A DNA stretch of 64,000 bases. It comes from Antedon mediterranea (lineage: Eukaryota; Animalia; Echinodermata). Below are positions 38,619-53,600 of the stretch, piece by piece (the first letter of the stretch is position 1; every line of letters begins with the position of its first letter). The stretch spans positions 2,806,422-2,870,421 of the forward strand of contig NC_092678.1 of the NCBI RefSeq assembly GCF_964355755.1, in the 5' to 3' direction. The position numbers were made by a program, and so were the translations under genes. Under the pieces are notes generated by a model, which made no database searches, was not told where the DNA came from, and saw only the letters and a program-made list of their open reading frames with translations.

Positions 38619-41600
38619 TGTCTACCATAGATATTTGATTGTGTTTTAATGTTTCATACTTCCTCATTGTTTTACAGAGTATGTATATTTTTCCATTTTG
38701 TACCATACAGTATAAGAAAAATATCTAGTTTGTATAATGCCATCCCAATTAGTTTAACCCAGTGGAACTATTCTAGCCTCATGTATGTTTTAGATTTTTC
38801 CAATTATGCCATAGTTTTTAATATTAACATTTTTACTTTGTTTAACTTGTTTATTTCATTATTGAAACTATTATTTTTTTATGTTCAGTGCATTTCATTT
38901 GGATGGGAGTGAAGTGTACGTTGGATTTATGAATTTGCTTTACTTTTTAATTGAATTTAAGAATATTTAATTTGGATTTATATTTTTTAATTTGACTTTG
39001 ACATTTAATTTTGAACAGGGTTGGTTTATAATTTCCTTTTTTGGAATTCTTCTAACCATAATGCACTGTTCTAAATCTACATTTGCCCTATGCTACAGTT
39101 ACCTGGTTCGAATGCATAGCAATACAGTAGTATAGTGCATGTTTCGCATGAATACACAAAAAATCTTATCAAGTTTAAAAGAAGTAGTAAAAGTTATATT
39201 AGTACATTACTGTTGTTACTTTAGTACCCTCCATGAATGTATAGCATTAACCTATATATTAGTACATTACTGTTGTTACTTTAGTACCCTCCATGAATGT
39301 ATAGCATTAACCTATCGTTATTATTTACTTAATATGCTAATTGCACTTTCACACTATATTGGTAACAACTTTTACTAAAAATGAACAACTATATTTTATT
39401 TATATAGACTGGGAAGTTAAATTCCTATTTGTTAGTAGGTAATGAAGTGTAAACAAAATAACACATTATGTAAAGTGTATCATGAGAGGTGATACTGCAT
39501 GATTTACGGAAAACAGGTCTTTTTATGTTCATTAAACTTCATTTAACTAATATTTCAAATGTTTGGTGCTTTCCAAATTTTGTTTTTTATAACAAAAAAA
39601 GTAATATTACCGTAATAACCAGAGAAGTTATTGTATTAAACTAATATTGTTTAACAAAAAATTCTTTAAAATTGCATATTAGCTATTATATCTTTACACA
39701 TTTTTTTTTCTAATTTTTAAAACATTGTTAATGAATACTGTTGTGTATTAATAATGTAGTAGCAAGTGATTAATTATTTGCTGTACTGTAGAAGTTATAA
39801 AGTATGATATGACAATAGTTATTATTACAGTAGTATAATATAGCAGGAAAAATAAACATCTTTTCACTCACCCCCCCCTCCCCCTCACTCTTTCACCCCC
39901 CTACCCCCTTACTCTTTCACCCCTTTCCCCTTTCTCAAACCCCTTTCTAAAAAATATATAAACATGTATGTAGTATAGTTAAAATACTAAATAGTTTTTG
40001 GTATTTACAGTTCAAACCATTTTTGTTATTGATTTTTTTTATATTTGATGTATTGGTTGCCTTATTTTAATATGCAAATTGTCTCTTATATCTCATTGGA
40101 AAGCACTTAAACTTCCCAAAAGCAATGCCATTATAATCCTCAACTATAGTAAATCGGTCACAATCATCAAGATATAATTGAACCATTGAGACCAATAGTC
40201 TATGCATGAACCAGTCAAGCATTACATGTTCTAACAGTGATAAATTCTATGTTGTTAGCATGCGTCCAGTGTACAGTGCGAAGTACGGCACCGAAGAGAT
40301 AGCAGCTCAGACTCGGTTACGGGATCATACGGCAACAAAAGGCAACAAAAAGAAGAAAGATACGTTTGCGGATTTCGATTATAGAATGAATGATGCGTGG
40401 GACGTTGACGAGGAAGAGTTGAACGCTATGGCTCTAAGTAAATTGCAGGAACGAGAACAATTAGCAATTCAGCAAGAGCTTAATGAAAGTGTTCATGATA
40501 CTGGGCAAAATGATGCAAAAGTTAAAGGTCAGGATTCATTATAGATTACTAATTACACTAATTTTGTCCATACCTACAGTACTTTTTATATTTTTTTGTT
40601 GTAATTTAAAATTAAGAAAAGACTCGTTCTACCTTCAGAACCATGGAGTGAGTGAGCCTCAAATTGTCAATGTTATGGCTACGTATAGTTCCACTGTCTT
40701 AACCGCTCGGTCACCCACTCTTTTATCTTACCACCAACTTCAGTTTTCTAATAATAAATTCTTTTTTCACCGCCATCAGATCCTTCAGTAAGTTCAGAAA
40801 TACCAACAGATGTAGCAATAATAAATGAACCCAGACCAACAAGTCCTATCAGGATGTCGTCGGAACCAGTAGCAGACGTCGAGTTGTCAAGGCAACATAA
40901 GTTTGGTCTATTATTATCAGGTCCAAACACAGATTTAGGTTGGTAATATTTACAGAAATAAATAACATTTTTATTGGTTTAATATTACAATGTTACCATC
41001 TTTTGGTTGAGATGTTGGGCTGTACATGGGCTGCTGCACGGCCTTTTGGGCTGTCCATGGGCTGCTCTACGGCCTTTTGGGCTATTCATGGGCTGCTCTA
41101 CAGCCGGTTGGGCTGTTCATGGGCTGCTCTAATGGCTTTTGGGCTATTCATGGGCTGCTGCATGGCTTTTTGGGCTATTCATGGGCTGCTCAATGGCCTA
41201 TTGGTCCGTTCATGGGCCGCTGAATGGCCTTTTGGGCTATTCATGAGCTGCTGCACGGCCTTCTTGGCTATTCATGGGCTGCTCAATGGCCTATTGGTCC
41301 GTTCATGGGCTGCTGCATGGCCTGTCGGGTCGTTCATGTGCTACTGCAAGGCCAAAAAGTCAATGTGGTAGTGTCACCCTTTTAAATTTACATAACACAC
41401 AAAATAATTTGTACTTCCATTAATTTTAACAAATCTAAAATGCCCCAACAAATTACCTATTGCTATTAGCTACTATTACTTTGTGAATATATGATAATAT
41501 TAAATTACCATAGTAAATTCATGCAGCAGTATTTAATACAATAATCTAAATTTATTATAAAAAATTCTCCAAAGAGACATCAATCATTATAATAGCTGTA

Positions 41601-44600
41601 AAATATTATAATCTGAACCATTGTAGAGTTTAACCAATCACTGACGTTGAGCACTTCACTTAAAATGATTACTAATATTGAGCATTGGGAATAGATTGCC
41701 ATAGCTTTACTTTTCTAATTCCATTTTAATTCAATCTAAAGACTGAAATTCAAAAATAATCCAGATTGAAATGCTATTCTTGAAGCCAATTTTGTAATTA
41801 TTTTAGGTGGAGATGAACACCGTTTTAACCTAACCAGTCAGCCAAACATTTAATAAAATCTTGCATGTGTATCGAACTCTTCTTTCCAACGATATTAATA
41901 GATAAAATTTTTTGTTTTATTTATTTTTATGAGAATTGATGCGGTTTTTAGATGCTTTTTATCTGTAAATATGTTATCACTGATAATAAAATTACTAATA
42001 AAATACCTACCCAACAGAAATAGAGATTCTTGATAGTACTAACATTTGACACTCGCTCCCTAGACTTATCTAACTACACCCTTGTATATCCTATATCATT
42101 AGTTGGTATAATTACACTATCAAAATGTGAGAAAAAAATGTGATGTGCCCATATATGAACATGATGATGTCATATCACTACTATTTAGGAATATCACAAC
42201 TATATTTGGGCACATCCTACTATTTTTTGTCAAACTAGTTTGATAGTGTAGACAGGACTTAAAGAATACGTTTTATCTCTCCTGTAATGTTGCACTGTTG
42301 ATTGTGTGTCCTCACATGATCACCAAATAATAAGGTAATTGTCACATTAAATTTTTCACTTGGAAAGCTAACAAATTTTATATATTTTTTATTATTTCAG
42401 AGGAATTAAGAAAACTCAGCTGGAAAGGAATACCAACGCATGTGAGACCAATGACTTGGAAAATTTTACTTGTAAATATAATTTCTTTGCATACAATAAA
42501 AATGATGATACAGTCAACTCTCCTAAAAAACGGGAAAATCTCCCAAAAATTTATTAAAAATATATTTGAAATACCAGAATTTTTTGAAACCAGACATATT
42601 AGGTGTCCAGTATTGGGAGAGTTGACTAGAAACCAACTAGATCACTAAAATATTGTAAGAACAATCCAAAAAGATAAAAAGGAAAATTATTGAGTATAAA
42701 CAAACATCTGTAAAATTTGCTATTATTAAGTATTCTTAAACTCTGTCTACACTATCAAACTTTATGTGACAAAAAATGTGATGTGTCCATATATGGACAT
42801 GACGATGTCATATCACTACCATATTTGAGCACATCACTACCATATTTGGGCACATCACACTTTTTTTGTCAAAATAATTTGATAGTGTAGACAGAGCTTA
42901 ACAAACAGTATGTCAAAGTTTGTCTGATTCCTTTGGGATTTGGTAATCTCATTTCCAGATGACGTTGATGTTACATTGTCTGCTTGTTTTTAAAATATTG
43001 GTATTCAAACTTTTGAATTTATGAGGCATGTATTGTAAGAGGAGATGTACTGTATTAGAAAAGGGCAATTAGTACATACATGTATCCTCAATTTACTCAT
43101 TAAAATCATCACTAACAAATAACAATTTATATTTGCATAAAGTTTCTTAAGACCTTTTAAAGAGAATTAAAATATTACACTTGTAGGGATATAGTTTAAG
43201 AATTAGTTGGGTGGGCGTCATCAATTTAAGTAGTTTTTTGGATGGGTGGTATCATAAAATAACCTCTAGGCTGGGGAAATAATTTTTCCCCATCATAATT
43301 TCATCCTTCATTTATTAGTTTTTTTTCTTCTAATTGTTCTTTACTTCTTTAGGGATACCTACCAGCAAATATCGATAGACGAGATATTACTTTAGACAGA
43401 AAACGAGAAGAATATTTTAATTTTATCGAGCAGTACTATCACACAAAAACAGAACCTCACAATGAAGAAATGTTTCGACAGGTAATTACAGTAAGATGCA
43501 AATTATCATTTTAGTATCGGTTCCTCTTGTTGAATGTATTTTTAATTTATTAAATATTAATAAATAAAGTTTATTTATTTTAAAAAAAGGGCACTTTAAG
43601 GAAGTGCGAACCTCCGCCTAGGCATATGAATATTAAGTGACGTACATACAGCTATAAAACCATCTTTTTAAATCTTATGAAAATCGGGCAAAAACTTTTT
43701 GATCCATTTGATTGATTTGTAATCCTGCTAACAAAAACACACTCGACTACATAACCTCTCGTCATTCTGGCGGAGGTAATTAAAAAGTAGCAAGATTAAA
43801 GATGTATTGTCCCCCTGAAAAAATAAATTTTTAGAATTTGTTTGTTGAATATGCCATTTTAATGTCACATAATAGTTATTCACTTTGACAAAAAATTGGA
43901 TCGAAAAAAAAAAAATTACTTACCTGAAAAAACTGTAATTTAGAGCAAAAAATAGTCAAATTGGCTGCCAGCCAATGGGTTTTGATTGAATTTAACTGTT
44001 TATTTTGTCATTTTATAAGTGAAAACATTATTTTTTCGGGATTTTTTTCTACGGAAGTAATTAACTTGGTTAAAATTACAAAATGGCATATTCGAGGTTT
44101 GATTTTAATAATCTTCATTTTTCATGTTTTTGGGGGACAATACATCTTTAAACAATATTTATTATGATTGTTTTTATAATACAGTAGAACCCCTATTTAA
44201 AGGATCATCGTTGGGTCCCAACAAAGTGTTCTCCAAAAAGGAGTGTCCTCTTAAAAGGAGTGTCCTCTTAAAAGGAGTGTCCTCTTAAAAGGAGTGTCCT
44301 ATGAATAGGGAAGCATGTCCTAAAGGAATTTTACTGTTTAAATTCACTTTTTCACTAAATCATTTTTATCTTGTAGTATACTTCTCGCTGAAACAAAGTT
44401 AAATGTAAATGTTAGGCTTAGACAAATACAAATATGTTGTTTGATTATTTTTCTAAATTATTTGTGATGTTGGCCTCCGTGCAGATACACATTGATATTC
44501 CAAGGACCAATCCCCTCATTCCCTTGTTCCAGCAAGAGTTAGTTCAGCAGGTAAGTGTCTGGATAGAGTCTATCATCACAGGGTTGATTAAACTGTTTCT

Positions 44601-47600
44601 CCACGACTAAGCTGCTATTTTAAATGCTGAATATAAGTATTTTTATTTAGCTTACCTAAATTTTGCAATGATTTTTTTTATACCAATAAAATATTTGTAT
44701 ATATTTTGCACAAAAAATCTAAATTTTATATTTTTAAAATGTGCTTTCTTTTTCAATGTTACTTTTTCATTCTTTACTTTCTAAACTTTTTATTCTTTCT
44801 TGCTTCTTAGTAAATTACCTTTAGGATCCATTCTCCTTGGTATGTTTTCAAAATACTGTAATTTTGTAATTTTAACCAACTTTTAATAACTACATAACCT
44901 TTTCTCATTTTTCACAGACTTAAGTCAACATTTCTTTTGTAAAATATTAAATTATAAATCTGCCCTCAAATTTCAGATATCTAAGCCTTCATGCCAAATA
45001 ATCCTTGGACTTAAATGTGACCAGGTTTCATGTTTTCATTCATTCATTCAATCTTTTATTTTTAAATCTCTGGTCCATAGAAAATAAAATTGCATATCAA
45101 ATTTTTTTTTTAATCAACTGTACCGACTAATTACTACAAGACGACGCATTCTCATCTCAGGATGGCATTCTACCTGAAGGGAATTTTTAACTTTAAGATG
45201 TCTATAATCAGTGAGATTAAAACATTTTCTCTGTCTACATACACACCAGGCATTATATTGATTTTCATAAAAAGAAGGAATTCTACATTCTGTATATTAC
45301 AGTATTTTCAATTTTGGTTAATTTTATAAAAAACCTGTAAACTTCCACCTATTATTGCAGTATAATGCCCTAAAGTGTCAGTTTTTCATTTCTTTTTTAT
45401 ATTTCTTATTTCTATTAATTTTTTTTTGCTTAGATGTTGTACAGTATTTTATAAAATGTCTTTACTTTAGCAATTTTGTCGTGGAGATATGGTAAATCTA
45501 TACCCTAGATTTTTCAAATATATTATATATTCTACAAATAGAGCATTTTCTTTTATTTTTGTTTGGTGGCGCTGTTTTCACAGATTCAGAAAGATATACC
45601 CCGAATGCCGCATCCGCTGTTACGTGAAGTAATTGTTCAAGAGGTAATTTATCCGTCCTGTTGTGGTACCGTCTATGAGAAGGAGGAGAAAGGGTTGCTT
45701 AGCATCCATCTTCAAATCAATTCATATCTGTTAAAATCATTTTTGTAATAATATTTTGTTGAGTTTATTTTTTGTTTGTAATTTAGTCCCTCCTATTGTA
45801 AAAACAATTAATATAGACATAATAAGAAATTGCTAAATTTATTATTACAGTAAACAATATTGCCAAAATAAGCCAAAAACAAAAAGGAATAAATTTGTAA
45901 AGTAAATAGCTATTAAAAAATAAATAAAAATAAAATTGGTAAAATAAATTCCCACAAACTTATTTCTTTATATCTAGTTTCAAAATAGTTGATATTTTTC
46001 TATATCCAAATTAATTTTACTAAATTGATATAAGATATTTAATATGGAAAAAAGTTATTGATAAAAGAAAGCTAAATTGATGGACTTAGATTGTCGTGCT
46101 CGTAATATTGTCTGTGACTGTTGTCATTTATGCTCCATCATCTTATCATCACTACATTTTGTGTTAATTTTCTTTCATTATTTACCACACACATTTTTAT
46201 GAATTCACATTGTTACTGCCCTTAATTAACCCTTACTCCTCCTTATCCTACACAGGAGCCTAAATGTACCCCACTTTGCATGCATGCTTGCTTTTTATAT
46301 ATATTTTTGGTGTTTTTTTTTGTTTCACTAAATTTGTTATGTTATGTTTGTGTTTTAACAAAAAAAAAACACAATTAACCTGAAATATTGGACACAAAGA
46401 TGCAGAATGTGGTAAAGTTTACGACAGCAAATTTTTGTTCAAATTTGTGGTTGAGGGTTCTGTTTACATCATCTTTTATTACATTTCTTAGTTCTTCATT
46501 TTTAGGTTATTCTTAATTCATATTATTTTGTATACATGATATGACACTTTAGTATCTTGGTTAAATATAATATGTTACACTCTCGCAATTAAAGTTCATA
46601 AAATGTACTACAGTCAACTCTCCCAATACTGGATTCTCGAAAAACCAGAGACTCCCAAAACCAGACCCTCTTCCAAAACCAGACTTTTCTTGAGTTCCAA
46701 CAGTTCCTAAATTTTTTTTAACCATAAAACCAGACATATTAGACCAGCCCAATGGTGTATTGGGAAAGTTAACTATGACTATACGTACACTGTTGAGAAT
46801 GTTTTTCCTGTTTCAATTATTTGTGAATACAACTTTAAACTGTTACAAATATTATTTCAATACTTTTCTTAGATATTTGAAAGGATATTATACATTTGGG
46901 CAATCCGTCATCCAGCAAGTGGTTACGTCCAAGGAATCAATGATCTAGTCACACCATTTTTTGTAGTGTTTTTATCTGAATATTTAGGTAAGTAATTTCC
47001 ATAAAAGTCCCTTTGTGCCGAGCTCAACCAAACAGCAAACTACTACTAAATGTTCACGTTCTTGATGCTCTTGCTTTCGCCAACAAATCACAGTCCTCTA
47101 CTAAATGTTGACGTTCTTGATGCTCTTGTTTTCGCCAACAAATCACAGTCCTCTACTAAATGTTGACGTTCTTGATGCTCTTGTTTTCGTCAACAAATCA
47201 CAGTCCTCTACTAAATGTTCACGTTCTTGATGCTCTTGTTTTCACCAACAAATCACAGTCCTCTACTAAATGTTCACGTTCTTGATGCTCTTGTTTTCAC
47301 CAACAAATCGCAGTCCTCTACTAAATGTTCACGTTCTTGATGCTCTTGTTTTCACCAACAAATCACAGTCCTCTACTAAATGTTCACGTTCTTGATGCTC
47401 TTGTTTTCACCAACAAATCGCAGTCCTCTACTAAATGTTCACGTTCTTGATGCTCTTGTTTTCACCAACAAATCGCAGTCCTCTACTAAATGTTCACGTT
47501 CTTGATGCTCTTGTTTTCGCCAACAAATCGCAGTCCTCTACTAAATGTTCACGTTCTTGATGCTCTTGTTTTCGCCAACAAATCACAGTCCTCTACTAAA

Positions 47601-50600
47601 TGTTCACGTTCTTGATGCTCTTGTTTTCGCCAACAAATCACAGTCCTCTACTAAATGTTCACGTTCTTCATGCTCTTGTTTTCGCCAACAAATCGCAGTC
47701 CTCTACTAAATGTTCACGTTCTTGATGCTCTTGTTTTCGCCAACAAATCACAGTCCTCTACTAAATGTTCACGTTCTTGATGCTCTTGTTTTCACCAACA
47801 AATCGCAGTCCTCTACTAAATGTTCACGTTCTTGATACTCTTGTTTTCGCCAACAAATCACAGTCCTCTACTAAATGTTCACGTTCTTGATGCTCTTGTT
47901 TTCGCCAACAAATCACAGTCCTCTACTAAATGTTCACGTTCTTGATACTCTTGTTTTCGCCAACAAATCACAGTCCTCTACTAAATGTTCACGTTCTTGA
48001 TGCTCTTGTTTTCACCAACAAATCACAGTCCTCTACTAAATGTTCACGTTCTTGATGCTCTTGTTTTCACCAACAAATCACAGTCCTCTACTAAATGTTC
48101 ACGTTCTTGATGCTCTTGTTTTCGTCAACAAATCACAGTCCTCTACTAAATGTTCACGTTCTTGATACTCTTGTTTTCGCCAACAAATCACAGTCCTCTA
48201 CTAAATGTTCACGTTCTTGATGCTCTTGTTTTCACCAACAAATCACAGTCCTCTACTAAATGTTCACGTTCTTGATGCTCTTGTTTTCGCCAACAAATCA
48301 CAGTCCTCTACTAAATGTTCACGTTCTTCATGCTCTTGTTTTCGCCAACAAATCGCAGTCCTCTACTAAATGTTCACGTTCTTGATACTCTTGCTTTCGC
48401 CAACAAATCACAGTCCTCTACTAAATGTTCACGTTCTTGATGCTCTTGTTTTCACCAACAAATCGCAGTGCTCCACTAAATGTTCACGTTCTTGATGCTC
48501 TTGTTTTCACCAACAAATCGCAGTCCTCTACTAAATGTTCACGTTCTTGATGCTCTTGCTTTCGCCAACAAATCACAGTCCTCTACTAAATGTTCACGTT
48601 TTTGATGCTCTTGTTTTCACCAACAAATCGCAGTCCTCTACTAAATGTTCATGTTCTTGATGCTCTTGTTTTCACCAACAAATCACAGTCCTCTACTAAA
48701 TGTTCACGTTCTTGATGCTCTTGTTTTTGCCAACAAATCACAGTCCTCTATTAAATGTTCACGTTCTTGATGCTCTTGTTTTCGCCAACAAATCACAGTC
48801 CTCTACTAAATGTTCATGTTCTTGATGCTCTTGTTTTCACCAACAAATCGCAGTCCTCTACTAAATGTTGACGTTCTTGATGCTCTTGTTTTCACCAACA
48901 AATCACAGTCCTCTACTAAATGTTAACGTTCTTCATGCTCTTGTTTTCACCAACAAATCGCAGTCCTCTACTAAATGTTCACGTTCTTGATGCTCTTGTT
49001 TTCGCCAACAAATCACAGTCCTCTATTAAATGTTCACGTTCTTGATGCTCTTGTTTTCACCAACAAATCGCAGTCCTCTACTAAATGTTCATGTTCTTGA
49101 TACTCTTGTTTTCACCAACAAATCGCAGTCCTCTACTAAATGTTCACGTTCTTGATGCTCTTGTTTTCACCAACAAATCACAGTCCTCTACTAAATGTTC
49201 ACGTTCTTGATGCTCTTGTTTTCACCAACAAATCACAGTCCTCTACTAAATGTTGACGTTCTTGATGCTCTTGTTTTCACCAACAAATCACAGTCCTCTA
49301 CTAAATGTTCATGTTCTTGATACTCTTGTTTTCACCAACAAATCACAGTCCTCTACTAAATGTTCACGTTCTTGATGCTCTTGTTTTCACCAACAAATCG
49401 CAGTCCTCTACTAAATGTTCATGTTCTTGATGCTCTTGTTTTCGCCAACAAATCACAGTCCTCTACTAAATGTTCATGTTCTTGATGCTCTTCTTTTCAC
49501 CAACAAATCACAGTCCTCTACTAAATGTTCATGTTCTTGATGCTCTTGTTTTCGCCAACAAATCACAGTCCTCTACTAAATGTTCACATTCTTGATGCTC
49601 TTGTTTTCACCAACAAATCACAGTCCTCTACTAAATGTTCACGTTCTTGATGCTCTTGTTTTTGCCAACAAATCACAGTCCTCTATTAAATGTTCACGTT
49701 CTTGATGCTCTTGTTTTCGCCAACAAATCACAGTCCTCTACTAAATGTTCATGTTCTTGATGCTCTTGTTTTCACCAACAAATCGCAGTCCTCTACTAAA
49801 TGTTGACGTTCTTGATGCTCTTGTTTTCACCAACAAATCGCAGTCCTCTACTAAATGTTCACGTTCTTGATGCTCTTGTTTTCGCCAACAAATCACAGTC
49901 CTCTACTAAATGTTCATGTTCTTGATGCTCTTCTTTTCACCAACAAATCACAGTCCTCTATTAAATGTTCACGTTCTTGATGCTCTTGTTTTCGCCAACA
50001 AATCACAGTCCTCTACTAAATGTTCATGTTCTTGATGCTCTTGTTTTCGTCAACAAATCGCAGTTCTCTACTAAAGGTTCACGTTGTTGATGCTCTTGTT
50101 TTCGCCAGTAAAACGCAGTCCTCTACTAAATGTTCATGTTCTTCATGCTCTTGTTTTCACCAACAAATCGCAGTTCTCTACTAAATGTTCACATTCTTGA
50201 TGCTCTTCTTTTCGCCAACAAATCGCAGTCCTCTACTAAATGTTCATGTTCTTGATGCTTTTGTTTTCACCAACAAATCGCAGTTCTCTACTAAATGTTC
50301 ACATTCTTGATGCTCTTCTTTTCGCCAACAAATCGCAGTCCTCTACTAAATGTTCATGTTCTTGATGCTCTTGTTTTCACCAACAAATCGCAGTCCTCTA
50401 CTAAATGTTCATGTTCTTGATGCTCTTGTTTTCACCAACAAATCGCAGTTCTCTACTAAATGTTCACATTCTTGATGCTCTTCTTTTCGCCAACAAATCG
50501 CAGTCCTCTACTAAATGTTCATGTTCTTGATGCTCTTGCTTTCGCCAAAAAATCGCAGTCCTCTACTAAATGTTCACGTTCTCGATGCTCTTGTTTTCAC

Positions 50601-53600
50601 CAACAAATCGCAGTTCTCTACTAAATGTTCACGTTCTTGATGCTCTTGTTTTCACCAACAAATCGCAGTCCTCTACTAAATGTTCACGTTCTTCATGCTC
50701 TTGTTTTCACCAACAAATCACAGTCCTCTACTAAATGTTCATGTTCTTGATGCTCTTGTTTTCACCAACAAATCACAGTTCTCTACTAAATGTTCATGTT
50801 CTTGATAATCTTGCTTTCGCCAACAAATCGCAGTCCTCTACTAAATGTTCATGTTCTTGATGCTCTTGTTTTCGCCAACAAATCACAGTTCTCTACTAAA
50901 TGTTCATGTTCTTGATGCTCTTGTTTTCACCAACAAATCACAGTCCTCTACTAAATGTTCATGTTCTTGATGCTCTTGTTTTCACCAACAAATCACAGTT
51001 CTCTACTAAATGTTCATGTTCTTGATAATCTTGCTTTCGCCAACAAATCGCAGTCCTCTACTAAATGTTCATGTTCTTGATGCTCTTGTTTTCACCAACA
51101 AATCACAGTCCTCTATTAAATGTTCATGTTCTTGATGCTCTTGTTTTCGCCAACAAATCGCAGTCCTCTACTAAATGTTCACGTTCTTGATGCTCTTGTT
51201 TTCGCCAGTAAATCGCAGTTCTCTACTAAATGTTCACGTTCTTGATGCTCTTGTTTTCGCCAGTAAATCGCAGTCCTCTACTAAATGTTAACGTTCTTCA
51301 TGCTCTTGTTTTCACCAACAAATCGCAGTCCTCTACTAAATGTTCACGTTCTTGATGCTCTTGTTTTCACCAACAAATCACAGTCCTCTACTAAATGTTC
51401 ACGTTCTTGATGCTCTTGTTTTCACCTACAAATCGCAGTCCTCTACTAAATGTTCATGTTCTTGATGCTCTTGTTTTCACCAACAAATCACAGTCCTCTA
51501 CTAAATGTTCACGTTCTTGATGCTCTTGTTTTCGCCAACAAATCACAGTCCTCTACTAAATGTTCACGTTCTTGATGCTCTTGTTTTCACCAACAAATCG
51601 CAGTCCTCTACTAAATGTTCACGTTCTTGATGCTCTTGTTTTCACCAACAAATCGCAGTTCCCTACTAAATGTTCACGTTCTTGATGCTCTTGTTTTCGC
51701 CAGTAAATCGCAGTCCTCTACTAAATGTTCATGTTCTTCATTCTCTTGTTTTCACCAACAAATCGCAGTCCTCTACTAAATGTTCACGTTCTTGATGCTC
51801 TTGTTTTCACCAACAAATCGCAGTCCTCTACTAAATGTTCATGTTCTTGATGCTCTTGTTTTCGTCAACAAATCGCAGTTCTCTACTAAATGTTCACGTT
51901 CTTGATGCTCTTGTTTTCGCCAGTAAAACGCAGTCCTCTACTAAATGTTCATGTTCTTCATGCTCTTGTTTTCACCAACAAATCGCAGTTCTCTACTAAA
52001 TGTTCACATTCTTGATGCTCTTCTTTTCGCCAACAAATCGCAGTCCTCTACTAAATGTTCATGTTCTTGATGCTCTTGTTTTCACCAACAAATCACAGTC
52101 CTCTACTAAATGTTCATGTTCTTGATGCTCTTGTTTTCACCAACAAATCACAGTCCTCTACTAAATGTTCACGTTCTTGATGCTCTTGTTTTCACCAACA
52201 AATCACAGTCCTCTACTAAATGTTCACGTTCTTGATGCTCTTGTTTTCACCAACAAATCACAGTCCTCTACTAAATGTTCATGTTCTTGATGCTCTTGTT
52301 TTCACCAACAAATCACAGTCCTCTACTAAATGTTCACGTTCTTGATGCTCTTGTTTTCACCAACAAATCACAGTCCTCTACTAAATGTTCATGTTCTTGA
52401 TGCTCTTGTTTTCACCAACAAATCACAGTCCTCTACTAAATGTTCACGTTCTTGATGCTCTTGTTTTCGTCAACAAATCACAGTCCTCTACTAAATGTTG
52501 ACGTTCTTGATGCTCTTGTTTTCACCAACAAATCACAGTCCTCTACTAAATGTTCACGTTCTTGATGCTCTTCTTTTCACCAACAAATCACAGTCCTCTA
52601 CTAAATGTTCACGTTCTTGATGCTCTTCTTTTCACCAACAAATCACAGTCCTCTACTAAATGTTGACGTTCTTGATGCTCTTGTTTTCACCAACAAATCA
52701 CAGTCCTCTACTAAATGTTCACGTTCTTGATGCTCTTGTTTTCACCAACAAATCACAGTCCTCTACTAAATGTTCATGTTCTTGATGCTCTTGTTTTCAC
52801 CAACAAATCACAGTCCTCTACTAAATGTTCACGTTCTTGATGCTCTTGTTTTCGTCAACAAATCACAGTTCTCTACTAAATGTTCATGTTCTTCATGCTC
52901 TTGTTTTCACCAACAAATCGCAGTCCTCTACTAAATGTTCATGTTCTTCATGCTCTTGTTTTCACCAACAAATCGCAGTCCTCTACTAAATGTTCACGTT
53001 CTTGATGCTCTTGTTTTCACCAACAAATCGCAGTCCTCTACTAAATGTTCATGTTCTTCATGCTCTTGTTTTCACCAACAAATCGCAGTTCTCTACTAAA
53101 TGTTCACGTTCTTGATGCTCTTGTTTTCGTCAACAAATCGCAGTTCTCTACTAAATGTTCACGTTGTTGATGCTCTTGTTTTCGTCAACAAATCGCAGTT
53201 CTCTACTAAATGTTCATGTTCTTGATGCTCTTGTTTTCACCAACAAATCGCAGTCCTCTACTAAATGTTCACGTTCTTGATGCTCTTGTTTTCACCAACA
53301 AATCGCAGTCCTCTACTAAATGTTCACGTTCTTGATGCTCTTCTTTTCGCCAACAAATCACAGTCCTCTACTAAATGTTCATGTTCTTGATGCTCTTGTT
53401 TTCACCAACAAATCGCAGTTCTCTACTAAATGTTCATGTTCTTGATGCTCTTGTTTTCGCCAACAAATCGCAGTCCTCTACTAAATGTTCACGTTCTTGA
53501 TGCTCTTCTTTTCGCCAACAAATCACAGTCCTCTACTAAATGTTCATGTTCTTGATGCTCTTGTTTTCACCAACAAATCGCAGTTCTCTACTAAATGTTC

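Noticed and set aside
40940-41371. Hydrophobic 143-aa ORF that looks like a membrane protein
   Set aside because: Translation of the 31-bp GC-rich tandem repeat, starting at a splice donor inside a TBC1D22 intron.
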